Below are positions 12,876-25,972 of a stretch of 64,000 bases of DNA, in pieces. Each line of letters starts with the position of its first letter. The first letter of the stretch is position 1. Made by a program: the position numbers and the translations under genes. The notes beneath the pieces are model-generated. The model saw only the letters and a program-made list of their open reading frames with translations. It searched no databases and was not told the DNA's origin. The DNA is from the human T2T-CHM13v2.0 reference genome, Homo sapiens: NCBI RefSeq assembly GCF_009914755.1, contig NC_060929.1; one strand, written 5' to 3'.

Positions 12876-13259
12876 ATTGGGAGACGTCTATTTATTTCAC
12901 CTGAAGTTGGAAGTGCACTTGACTATTACATATTGGCCATGTATATTAGTGTTGCTGGAAAATTCCTTTTTATTTCAGTAATACATCCTTACATTGTTTT
13001 AGATTTTTCCTGCCTAGAATTGCATAGTCCATGAGTAATATTATATTATTATCATCCATTTCAGTGCTGATAAGTGACAACAAAAGGAATGACTTTTGTT
13101 TTGTTTCATTTAATGGGTTGGTACCTGCAGTGCCATGCTGAATAGAAGTCATCATAGGGAACAAACTAGGGCCATTCCCAGTCACAGGGGGAAAGAATCC
13201 AAGTTGTCACCATTAAAAATGATGTCTAGTGTAGATTTGAAAACATGCCTTTAAAAAGT

Positions 13260-13800
13260 AACATTTGAATCAAGCCCTCAGTGATAAGACGGAGCCAACA
13301 AACCAAAGATTTGAAAGTGTCTATTAGGTAAAAGTAACAAAAAACCAAGTACTTTGAGGTGGAAAATGCTCAGTGAGTTCAAGTGGCAGCTACTGTGGCT
13401 ACAGCCCACTGCATGAATGTCAAGAAGATTAGTAGAAGATGAGGCTGAAGAAATAAGCAGGGGTACATTGTTTAGGGCCTTGTATGCCATATAAAGATTT
13501 TGTGTTTCATTCTAATTTTAATAAGAAATCGTTACAGTCTTTAAAGCAATTGGTGATATCTGATCTATATTTTCTAAAAGATAACTTGTTTTCTATAGAG
13601 AATGTAGATGGCAAAGGAAGTATAGAATGGATGTATATGGGCTAATCTGGAGGAATTCAGAGACAGACTCCTATGGTTGTTTATTATACAATCCTGGCAC
13701 GGATTTGCAAATAAGTAGTTCTTGTCAGGGGCAGAAGAGGTACAAAAACTTTGTTTCAAAAAGAATGGACAATGTCTACATTGAAGTAACATAGAATCAC
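13260..13800 (-). mobile_element. L2 fragment
   Basis: Antisense L2 motifs, e.g. GATGAGGCTGAAGAAATAAGCAGGGG...AGGGCCTTGTATGCCATATAAAGATTTTG. Confidence 0.7.
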
Positions 13801-14994
13801 AGCTTTTTGGCTTTCTTTTTTTTTTTTTTTTTTTTTTTTGCTTAACTGAATGCGATAACACCAAGTGGCAAGGTCTCCTGCATAGCCAGTCCAATTCAGC
13901 CTTTAAAGTTAAATGCTTACATGGAAAGGAGCCCATTTCAACCTTTATATTGATGGCTGCTACTGCAAATGATTGGTTTGGTCAGCAAAAGGCTAGCAGA
14001 AAAATGAAACTTGTAAACTTTCTGACAAATAATGGCTCATAGTACAAAGAGTAAAGTTTAATGAGTATCTTTTCCCCCAAAAAAGTAAATTAAAGAGGAA
14101 CGACTTATTTTCTCTTTAATTGGGTAAAAAGCTCTTCATGTGATGACTTTCATTGTGTACCACATGGGCAAACATTTCATGAATTCACCACTGATTTAGA
14201 ACTTCGTAGACAACAAAAGTATTTCCTTCAGTATGTCTATTTATGGATTCTAAATTTCAGTAATTAACCAAGAAATAAAATAAACCATTTTTAATTAACC
14301 TGAAGATAAAACCCTTAAGAGATTCTTTTTTCTATAAAATTTTAAAATGATTCCTTATAATTATTTAATTATAATTACATAGAAATAAGGTTTTAGATTC
14401 TATTTTGAAGCATACTAATGTACCTCAAAATGAATTGTTACCTATAATTAAGAGTCACACTTGCACAGTAACTTGCAAATCTTGCCCGTGCTGAGTTTTC
14501 AACCTTGTCATGATAATGTTAATATAATGGTGATAAAATGCAGCAGCTACCTGATGACTTTGAAGTAGTCCTCTTTACAGAGTAATTTCTTATATATGTC
14601 TATAAATTAGATATAAGATGATTCTTTTTGCAAGCAAGTTTATTGCATTAAGCTGTTTCAAACCTATTATCAAAGACCAAAGGTAAAAAAGTAAATGGCA
14701 TCTAGTAAAAAAGTAGATGGCAATAAATTTATTTCACCACATTTAAAATTAATATTCAGAATTAGTTATTGGCAATATGTACAAGGGCATACATGAAACA
14801 CATACACGCATTATAGACAATCTATTTTCTGAGTATGAAATGTCCTTCAAGGAATCTTGCATGCAACTTTTTGTTTACATCATTATCTTCTAGGTTAATT
14901 CTTGCTACGAATAGTAGCCTGAGATTCATAACACAGTAACATTTTTACTATTGGCTAGGCAAATAGTATCAGAATTCTGATAGGGTAGAATCAG

Positions 14995-15152
14995 AAAGGG
15001 AGGAACAAAGAGGGAGAGGAGGAGGAGAAAGTGGAGGAAGAGGAGATCATAAAACAGTAGGAAGAACAAGAAGAGGAAGAAGAAGAGAAAGAGGAGGAAG
15101 AAGATGAGGGGAAGACAGAGAAGAAAGCAGCAGCAGCAGAAGAAAAGAGAGC
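14995..15152. repeat. GA-rich low-complexity tract with (GAG/GAA)n and (GCA)n
   Basis: Purine-dominated on the + strand, read directly. Confidence 0.85.
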
Positions 15153-16229
15153 AGTGGGAACTGCTATACTAGTTCATTGGGTGAATCCAAAAAAGTGACA
15201 TTAGCGTTCTTCCTTCTCCAAGATGAAATCAGGATGGAGTGGTAACTTTCCAGCCATCCTTATGATAAGACATCAAAACTTTGTTTAAAATATACCAATT
15301 TCCCATAATGTCTGATGGCCATTTTTCATATGTAAGCTGCAGAAATAATTTTTAGGTCAAATATAACTTGGGGAGAGATTTTATATTATTTAGGATTACA
15401 CAACACTCTTCTGTTTATGAGAAGCAGAGGCTCATTCAGGTTATTTCAACAATAGAAAATGTATTGTATGGATACATCCAGAGCACATGTGTCAGGTCTC
15501 AGAGAAACCTGGTGAAATATAAATATCTGGGCCTCCCAGCAAGAACAGGAGCTGCAGGACAACCATGCCTCATGATAGGTTCCCAGGTTCCTTGAAAGTT
15601 CTGCTGAATACATTATTTTATCATCCCCTCAGCAGCAGAATTTCATTGCTTTTCCTCTGCTTCTGTCAGTACCAATCAACTGGTCCTCTTTACTTTCCTA
15701 TTTAAACCCCCTCATCCATTTTCCCTACCTGATTTTCCATTTAATCACCATCTTCCTTATTTCAGCAGAGCTTTGGCATTCTGCCACCATGAAGGCCACT
15801 GGCAAACCTGTGCATGAATTTTGTTATGGGCTACTTGTTACAACTGTGCAGTCAGCTGTGGCCGGGAGGCTGGCTTAGTAGTAGTAGCAGGCTCTCTTCC
15901 ATGTGGACCATGGGAGTGGCTACAGTTTGGATGTTTGGCTTCTCTGGTCACCAAATATTTGAGAGATGATTCTGATTACAGCTTTGAAAGTTTCCACATT
16001 TCGGAATCTTAATATATAAGATATATATACATGTATGTAATAAAATTATGTATATACAATAGATATGTAATAAAATAACATATAAGATATATATATGTAA
16101 TAAAAGGGGAAGGATAGAATCAAATAGAAAAATAATATATAAAGTTATCATGGCAAGCCTATCACAATGAAAACTGAAATGTCTCAAGTAAGCAAGTCCT
16201 TGACTTTCTGAAAAACCTCACATTGATTA

Positions 16230-16520
16230 AGTCATTCACTCATTTAGTTATTCATGTTACACATGCTATTGATCTTCTACTATATTTCACAATCTCAACA
16301 AACAGGTTCCCAGACCCTACTTCCAACCTCTCCCTTTGCCTTTAGTGTGGCCTAAGTTGCTTTATGAAATGACATGCAATTAAACTAAATACATGAAATT
16401 AAATGGTGATGCGTATTTTCAGAGATTACATGACAGAGGCCACATTAGAGAGTGTGCTCAGGGAGGCTATCTCTGCTACTTGTGCTGAGACACAAAGAAT
16501 GAGAAGGAACCAGCCTAAAG
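16230..16520 (-). mobile_element. Degenerate L2 remnant
   Basis: CATTCACTCATT tail-like start and CAGGGAGGCT...GCTGAGAC...GAATGAGAAGGAACCAGCC. Confidence 0.45.
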
Positions 16521-17171
16521 CAATAATGTTCAATGGCAGCATTCAATTTTGCAGTGCCCCATGGTGACAAAAATTAATAGAATGCAGTTTTTAACCCCAC
16601 CTTTTCACCTAGCTAATTCACTATGTACAGCAAAATATGGGTCCAATGGAAAAGGCATGTGAGGCATTTTCTTCACATTAGTCCTTTAGTACTGCAATGG
16701 TACTGTTACAATAAGCCACTCGTTGGCTTGCTTCAAATGTTTCTGTAATTTGGGAATAAGAAAAGAAATTGCCACCTGGAAGAGAATATTTTTCAGGAAT
16801 GATAGGACAGCCCATACCACAAAATTATACTAACAGCAGTTGAGCATTGATCCATCTGGAATCTTTAAACAATGCATCTGGCAATTTACAGGTAATAACT
16901 TGCCACATTTGACAGAAAAGGTCATAAATATTTCTTATTATTACCAAACAAGACACCTGTGAGCTCCAAGCTAATACTTATAAATCTATGGGCCATATTG
17001 GCTGGCTGTCCTGAAGTAAACATAAAGTCAGCTAATCTTACAAATTGGAAAATGCCAGAAACACAGCCAGAAGAGAGAATATTTGTGAATAAAAGTAGTC
17101 TGTCTTATGATAAGATGTAGTTGGATTTCATCTTAAGTCAGTCATTGATATTACAATCTGTGATATTACAA

Positions 17172-17232
17172 TCACAGATCCCTGTTTTTCTGGAACTCTC
17201 CTGGTTTATGCCAGTTGCCTTGGTGTATTAAA
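17172..17232. mobile_element. Possible MER94-like DNA transposon fragment
   Basis: CTGGAACTCTCCTGGTTTATGCCAGTTGCCTTGGTGTATT resembles the MER94 subterminal sequence. Confidence 0.35.
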
Positions 17233-17458
17233 AGGTAAGTTATATTGTCTCCCTAGTCCTAACACAACCGTCCTCCAGAAAACAGAAAGATAGAGTGAGA
17301 AAGAACTGAAACATAACTTAGATTTCCAACTCTCTTAAGAATAGAAAATAAAAGAGTTGTTCGTTTTACTGAGGATACCACTTCCTTAGTCTCTCCTGCT
17401 GCATTACTGGCTCAGGCTGAAGGAGAGCTCTCCCAAAAAAAAGCAGGCTAGCATCCTG

Positions 17459-17646
17459 ATATACATATATACACACACACACACACACGCACACATATAT
17501 ATATGTGTATATATACACATATACATGCATATATACATATACACACATATCTCTATATAATATAGAGATATCATAGGTTATATATCATATATGTTAGCTT
17601 GTCATATATATGATACATATATGATAGTCTAACATATATATGATAG
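17459..17646. repeat. (CA)n/(TA)n compound microsatellite
   Basis: Direct reading of the sequence. Confidence 0.9.
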
Positions 17647-18025
17647 GCTAAACTCTGTACTCAGCTAAGTGCAACTGCTCTAATGTTCTTTCTGAGAAGT
17701 AATGCTGGCCTACTAACATTTTCTGAATCCTCAATAATACAATTCTTTTTTGAAAAAGCAGTAGATGTATTGTATACACACTCCAAAAGCACAAAGAAAA
17801 AATTATTTATAAAAATGTCAACTAAAGACTAATTTTATAAATATCAGGAATAACTGTATTAAGCACAGAAATTTAAATTCTTCTAACTAAAATGCATTAA
17901 CTTAATATGATGAATTCTAGTGGATGTGAAAATTATCAACTCATCAATCATTTGAAATTTGCAAAGAAAAGGTTTTTGAAAGAATTCAGTGTCACTAATA
18001 TCTCTTTTTTTAAAAAGATAAAATT

Positions 18026-18441
18026 TCATTGTTCAATTCCCACCTATGAGTGAGAACATGCGGTGTTTGGTTTTTTGTCCTTGTGATAGTTTGCTGAGAA
18101 TGATGGTTTCCAGCTTCATCCATGTCCCTACAAAGGACATGAACTCATCATTTTTTATGGCTGCATAGTATTCCATGGTGTATATGTGCCACATTTTCTT
18201 GATCCAGTCTATTGATGTTGCACATGGACACAGGAAGGGGAACATCACACACCGGGGACTGTTGTGGGGTGGGGGGAGCGGGGAGGGATAGCATTAGGAG
18301 ATATACCTAACGCTAAATGACGAGTTAATGGGTGCAGCATACCAGCATGGCACATGTATACATATGTAACAAACCTGCATGTCGTGCACATGTACCCTAA
18401 AACTTCAAGTATAATAATAATAAAATTAAAAAAAAAGAAAA
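18026..18441 (+). mobile_element. L1PA3/4-like 3' fragment with 5' inversion (18026-18220 antisense, 18221-18441 sense) and a 15-bp TSD
   Basis: TSD AAAAAGATAAAATTT at 18012-18026 and 18442-18456 at a TT|AAAA site. The strand switch is at ...ATTGATGTTG|CACATGGACACAGG. Confidence 0.95.
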
Positions 18442-18592
18442 AAAAAGATAAAATTTTATTGCAATAAACAAGTTTCTTCTCATTACAGACTAGTTTCTCC
18501 TTACCTTTTTAAAGTTCTATGTTCCCTAAGTTTTGAGCTTCATTTTCTTTGCATCAAATAACTTATTTGATAAGAGTGGCTAGCATTTTCTA

Positions 18593-18943
<351 letters not shown>

Positions 18944-20179
18944 GTCATTTAAATTTCAGGATATGATTAGCAGAATAAATTGAGGTAAACCAATGGTAGC
19001 AAAAGCAGATTAAAACTACTCAAAATAATTCTTTTCCTGAAAAAACTTATACAAATGGTCATGAATTCAGATTATGGGTTAAATAGTGAGGGGAGTTGGT
19101 GAAGTTAAAAAACAATGTATTAGGAAGCTAAACTAAAATGTATATAGTTTGTGTGGTGTTCTTTGAAAATTACATCAAAGCCATATTATCTATATGTGCA
19201 TACATCTTAGCTAAAATCCACCCAGGAGGTAAAGAGAGAGAAGAGTACTAATGCATTAATTATCCCTTTGCCCCATTTAGAAAAACATGTTAGTTAGTAT
19301 TGCCTATTTCATTAACACCCTAAGATAACCATGCAATATCCGAATTTCACACGTTTAAAAAAATTTCTGTGTTCAGGGAAGCAAAATTGAGAACGTATTT
19401 AAATATTCATTATTAAAATTAAAGTGTAGGGTATTTGCAAGGTTTTAAATGGCTATCTTCCAAAAGAGAAATATAATTAAAAACTTGATTTGTGGAATTT
19501 AAAACATTATTTTACTTTTAGCTATTAATTGTATCTGCCTTTATATCTTTTCAAGACCATCCTTATCTCTATATGTATACTTCTATACTGCTTTTATTGA
19601 TGATATTGCTTTAATTGGTTCTTATTAAAGAATAATTTTTATCCATCCATTAAAGAACATCCATTAAAGAACAATTTTCAACCTTAGTCTGTAGTGCTAC
19701 TGCAAAGTAGCACTTTCCTTGAGGAAAGCAAAGTGTCTTTGAGGAGAGAGAAGAATCTCCACCAACTTCTGATTTGATAGGTCTCCTAAGCCTTGTCTTG
19801 ATTGATGGCAAGATGAAAGCAATACCTGTTTAATATACCAGAAGCATGCATTCCCAGGTGCAAGGGGCCCTTCATTCTCATGTTTCCAGAAAATGCTTTG
19901 ATTTTATATAATGGCTGAGTATTTTATCCCATGTCAATGGATTAAAAATTTGAAATCATGATAACAAATATAATTGAGAGTTAGTAAAAATTAACCTTTG
20001 GCATCATTCATTTCCCTATCATTTCTCCCTCCACAGTATGATGGCACCATATCTCATCTTGCACCTCAATGATCATCTAACAAGAATCCTTCTGCAGATC
20101 CCATCTAAAATTACATTTCCAGGCATTCCACATAACCGGAGGAAAAAAAACATGGATCCTATGGAAAGTATGTAAGTAA

Positions 20180-20378
20180 GATAGACTTCAGTTTGAATCT
20201 ATTCTGACACCTCTGTAACATTAAACAGGGTGTTTTGGCTCTTTTACTATGAGCTTTCTTATCTGAAAGTAAGAATAGTAGCAATTTTCTTTTAAACTTG
20301 TTGGAAAAGTTAAATGAGATATACGTTTAAATCACTTTTGTGTCTGGCACATAGTAGGTATGCAATATACAATTAACT
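20180..20378 (+). mobile_element. MIR
   Basis: Core CTTTCTTATCTGAAAGTAAGAATAGTA and 3' AAATGAGATA...GTGTCTGGCACATAGTAGGT. Confidence 0.7.
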
Positions 20379-21989
20379 TTTCTACTCTCTAATCCAACAT
20401 ATCCACCTTGATTAATAAAAATGCATTTATCTTGGTGTACTAATATGTGAAGTGGGTCTTTAATACCTTAATTTTTTTTCATGAAACATCAGAATTAAAA
20501 CTCCAAAGCATCACAGAATCTATAATTTATCCACATTTTTACACATTCCTAAACAGAATTTAGTTTTACTTTTTAAATTTTCCATATGTTTGAATGTATG
20601 CAATTATAGATTTGAAACGTATGTATATACATATATAAATCATTATCTTCAAATTTTAAAATTATTACTTTCAATATTTCTTCATAGTTCATAGTTGTTG
20701 CTTTTATAGTTGCCTAACATCCTCTTTTACTGTTATTGGAAACTTACCACTATATCCAGAATTTACCACAATAAATAATGTTGCTATTAAAATTTTGTTT
20801 TATATAATCTTTTTCAAAAATTCTAAGAAGCAAAATGACTGAACCAATCTGGGTAGTCACTATCTTTTAAGTGGCCCTTGATAGCAGTATGTGAAAGAAC
20901 AGTGAGTTTTTCTCAAAGGAGTCATGTTAAACTTGATGTTCAGTTAACAATGTGTTTCCATAGGGCTTAGAGAAAAACCTTATAGCAGCCAGTGCCTTTG
21001 ACTTCTTGAATCCTTCACCCATGTATACAGCTGACTGTCTTACTCATGAACTTCCAAGTAAATCACAATATAAATCTGGAATTACTCTACAAATATGGAC
21101 CTCTATGCCCAGTGGAAAATAATTGCCACAATCTTTCCTCTAGGATAATTAATGTTGTTTACATATGTAAGCAACAATACTTATCTTCAAAACACTGAAT
21201 TCTGAAGAGTTCCATAAACAACAATTTTTCAAATAAAGTAATGTCTTCATAAGCAAATTTACTTATTTATTTTCATCATTTATCTATTTTGTAGTTTCAT
21301 TTTGGTTACTGTTAACACCTTCACTTTTATCTAAAAAGTATGGCATCTTCCTAATGCCAGTTTTTAATTCAGAGTTTCAAATCATTCAGAATACTGAGGA
21401 TTATTTTGTGTAAAAATAAATTGCCCATATCATGCGTATTTCATTTCCTTGGTACAAGTTTCTATGTTCAACCCTGTTAGGACATGTTTGACTTCTCTCT
21501 CTTGATTTATGTCACTTTCTTTTTCATTCTCTGCAAAGCCCTCTCGCCTTCCAGCCTTTCCCACTCATTTGAGAATACGAAGGTTTGATGTAGGTGAATT
21601 GGCCTCCCTGAAGACGAGGAGTTTGACACAGATTGCAGAAACTTTCCTCTAAAGTTGTATATCATATGAAGAGTTGTTAAAAGAAATAGCTGCCTAAAGT
21701 ATCTCATTTCACATTACCTGGAGAGGGAGTTTTCGTCAGAAACCATCATATTGATAGGTGAAAATACATTGCCCAGCATATTCACCACGACACATTATAT
21801 ATGCTACTCCCATGAATAATTGAAATTGTATCCCACAGAGTTAACATTATTAGCATTCAATTGAGCATATGACAGTAGATTTAGAGAAAAACCTCATTCT
21901 GAATATTTAATAATAATATTTAGCATTTTTATGGTATATTATATTTTCAAAGTGAGGTATAAAGATTTATAATGAATTAGTGATCTCCA

Positions 21990-22080
21990 TGGGATGTACC
22001 TTGGAAGCATGTCTAGCTCGTTCTGCCCATTTTACAGTTGAAGAAACAGAGGACTTGCGAGATTAAGGGATTTGCTCAGT
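21990..22080 (-). mobile_element. MIR-family fragment
   Basis: CCCATTTTACAGTTGAAGAAACAGAGG...GATTAAGGGGATTTGCTCA is the antisense MIR core. Confidence 0.65.
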
Positions 22081-23061
22081 CTATCTCTGTATCTTCCTTT
22101 TACTGAGTTCTGCTGGCAGAAGACATCCACTGTCTTTTAAGGGGAAATTAAGATAAAAATGTAATATACAATGTTTTGTATTGAAATTCAAATATTCAAA
22201 TAGCACTGACAATGGCTCCTTACTGAAGATGGCATGTGAAGCGAATAACACTGGCTTCTTAATTCTTCCAAAGTCTTCAAAAATAAAGATGATTATAAGT
22301 AGGTATTTGGCAGGAAAGATAACTGTAGAGTCATGGAGTTTTGTAGTGAATTGCCCTGGCAATTCAGGTCATGAGGCTTCTTAGCCAAGAAGCAGTTCTA
22401 TAAACTGATATGTGGGCCTGCTACAATACATAAAATTAAAGGATTCCCCTGGGCATCTTTGTCTACAAGCATATTTCAAAGCATTTTGCACTTTGCCATG
22501 ATAAATTTGATGTTGAATATTACAAGGTAGCCAGGCATTCAAGGGAATTAAAAACATTTCTAATTTCTGAAAAATAACAAAATGAGAAGGCAATTTTCAA
22601 AATATTTTCAGTTTTCACTTCTAATCAAGGAAAAGAGTCTAATGGCCATTAAACATATATATCCTTTTTAGTTAACTTTAGTGTGTGGTTTTTTTTGGCC
22701 AAAAAATGAAACTATTGAGAATATATTCCATTTTAAAAACGTTATAATACTATAAACAAAGGTATATTTGAATAATTTTGGCAAATGTCAGGGTCAAGCA
22801 AAAATGTGTTTTTAGACAATGAATTAAGAATTATAATAGGATTTTGGAAACTGAATGTATGAGTATTAGTATTAGTATTTCCTCCTTTACAAAAGCACAT
22901 ATTGGGGTATGGAATGACTTATTTATTGTCACAGAACTGATTGGGGCAATGGTCAAATCACAATTCTGATTATTTAACCTTTACTTCTTTACCTTTTTTT
23001 TTAAAACTGTTTCTTTATCTCTTTGATTCTTGATTGGAATGACAGAAAATTAAGAATTGTC

Positions 23062-23095
23062 TTTTTTTTTGAGACGGGGTCTCGCTCTGGTCACC
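23062..23095 (-). mobile_element. Ultra-short Alu 3'-end insertion
   Basis: T9 followed by GAGACGGGGTCTCGCTCTGGTCACC, flanked by TGTCTTTTT at 23058-23066 and 23096-23104. Confidence 0.75.
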
Positions 23096-23973
23096 TGTCT
23101 TTTTGAAATTAATTTTTATCTTTTACAACTAGATATTATGAAGTTAAAATACCTTTTACTTAAAATATAAACTCATAGTAATGGAAGCTGATTGTGTCAA
23201 CCGCCTTCCTTCCACCTCCTATCCTAAAATTGTAGTGATTCTCTATTGACTACAAAAAAAAAATTCCTCCCATTTGGTTTGAGGATTAAGACATCTCCTT
23301 ATTTATCCATAAACATTTATTAATTTACCTTTGATTCCCATTGCCAATCTGTGTTCTGGCCACATTGAATTATTTATTTGGAGTTTCTTTTTCTAATATT
23401 TCTGGTTCCCTGGTTTTTCTCATGTTCTCATTGCACCAAATTCTATTTGCTTTCTCTCCACACAGAGTAAATCTGCTCAGCAGCAAGGCTAATCTTACGT
23501 TTTATATCTTCTGTGAAGTCTTCTCTGCACCCCAGAGCAATAAGTGGGCTCCTCCTTCTCTGAAGTTTCTGAGCTCTCTAGCTAGAGCTTATCCATTTAG
23601 TCACATACAACCTGCTGGACTGCAGACGCCGCAGGTTAGAGTTCTAGCTGATTAACCTTTCTACCTCCAATAGTAATCCCAAAGTCTAATGCTTTTTCTT
23701 CATTCATTCATCTACTCATTCATTCACCCATTCAACTAATAACTGCTTTAAAATCCTCTGGGTAATAGGCACTGTCTGATTAATGAGTAGTTACTCAATA
23801 ACCATTTTGTTAAATGAACAAGAGTAAGCTAACAAAGGTCAGTTTGAAAGGACCTAGAAGTCAAAGAAGTTTATCTGGCAACAGAAATAAAGTAGACTCA
23901 TTTATTAGAATTAAATGCAGATTAGTAATATTGCTGGACAAATTCCTAATGGATATAGATATCCATATCTACC

Positions 23974-24018
23974 TACACACACAACACACACACATACACA
24001 CACACACACACACACACA
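23974..24018. repeat. (CA)n microsatellite
   Basis: Direct reading of the sequence. Confidence 0.93.
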
Positions 24019-25879
24019 TGGCATAGATTCTTTTCTTTCCTATCTTTGACATAACATGACTGACTGACAAAGCATAACATAACTAGCTTTTGTGGCTCAG
24101 AATTTACTTTGAAAGTTAACATTTATCTGAGTTTTGAAGGGTTGATTTTTATTGCCCTCCATACAGTTACTTTTCTGTAGGTAAAGCAGCTTCCTGTGAA
24201 CCTAATAAAAAATTCACATAAGGCAGATAAAAATATGAATAATAGCTATTTAAAGGTGTATATCAAACACATGAAAGAAAACTTAAAGACTTCAGAAGAA
24301 AATCTTTTTGTGTGACCAAAACAGACAAAAAATGGCCTCCAAAAATATAAGTAAAAATTACATAGGAAGAGTTATAAGTCAGAATATGAATACCTATTAT
24401 ATACATCTATATTGATACGGATAGCTATATAAATCCAACAATTATTTTCAAATATCTTGATGTCTATATGCTAAATACCCATATTATATGCAAATTCATG
24501 CCATTAAAAATTATAAAATATATGTGCTAAAATTTTCCAATAAAATTCTTTTCAAAAATTTTTTTTGCTGTTAAAAGATGACAGCATAGCTAGAATATAA
24601 TATCTGGTACCTTTCACAGGCTTCCTTAAAGATTAGTAAGAATTCTTCATGGTATACATCTCGTTAGCAAACCAAAGCCCAAAATATGAGTTGTTAGGAA
24701 AAAAGATAATCTTTAACTAGCCTATTTGTTCTTTTTTGGAGGGAGAAAGAGCCTAGGGGATTGTACATCAGTGCTGTAAATTAAAAGGGAATTAAAAATA
24801 TTATCAGAGTTGCACACTTGCTGTCAGCTTAGAAGTGAACAAAGCTCCCTGTTAAATGAAGTGTGCTTGTTCTTACTTCTTTCTGTGAACTGAATCACGT
24901 TAATAGAAGTAACAGTTTGGTAGGTAGGAGCTGGGCTATTGATTGTTTCTCCACAGCGTTGATTGCAAACTTTGAAAATTTGGCCTCATTTCTTCAGTTC
25001 ACTGGGGAATTGATATTATCTAACCCTTTTACCAAGTTCATATATGAATGTTGTAAATAAGGTCATCATAAATTTTATTATCTCTCTATTTTTTGAAATA
25101 GTAAATTTAAATCTCAAAGCCATGTCTGAGAAGGTGAAACTGCTTCTTAAAACTGAGTAAATTTGGTTATATCTTTACTTTAGTGATTTATTTTTCTTCC
25201 GACTAGTCATTCTTCCCGCAATACTATCTTGGCCATTTGTTCAATATAGATGAGACCTGAGTACCTCAGTATATGATTTATTTACTTTTTCTTTTCTACT
25301 TATTTTCCTATCAATTTCTTAGTCTGCTTTCATATTTACCTACCAGAATGTGATGTTACTCCAGCACTTCCAAGCCTACTTGTAATGATTGTGAACTCTA
25401 TCTGCACCTTATAACCACATATTTAACTGATTCCACATATTCCACATCAGATTAAATTTTCCATTGTCTTTTGTTACTCTATTTCTTGTTTCAAATTCAA
25501 GATCATCCACAAATTTGCAAGTCACACTGGTAACGTTATCTGATCACATCCTTTTCTTGTCCTTTCATTACTTAAAATGCTCATGAATGCAAAGTATGTT
25601 GGCTTCTTGGTATAAGAGACTGTTGTCTTGTCTAAATGTATCTCAGGATGAAATAAATCTAAAAAGAAGAATCCTTACTTACCTTTGCCTTACCTTATAT
25701 TCTGTAATACATTTTATATAATGTCAAAACACAGGAGTAATAAGTAATGCTAAATTGTCCATTACCAGTACAGCTACATGGTTTCAGTTGCCGTTTCAGG
25801 AACAAGAGAATTAAGAAAAGTAAAAGATGATATTAAATGTTTGCCTAAAATTTGAAAGTAAAAACAGTCAAGTGAGAAG

Positions 25880-25972
25880 GATAGTGATAATCTCTACAAC
25901 CCCCGACACACATTTACCTGTGTAACAAACTTTTACATGTAGCTCTGAACTTAAAATAAAAGTTAAAAAAAG
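25880..25972 (+). mobile_element. Old L1PA/L1PB 3'-terminal stub
   Basis: ACACATTTACCTGTGTAACAAAC...ACATGTAGCTCTGAACTTAAAATAAAAGTTAAAAAAA. Confidence 0.75.

Noticed and set aside
24830-25070. Non-repetitive, enhancer-looking stretch with a possible acceptor (TTTCTCCACAG)
   Set aside because: No matching strong donor, and conservation or activity cannot be judged from sequence alone.
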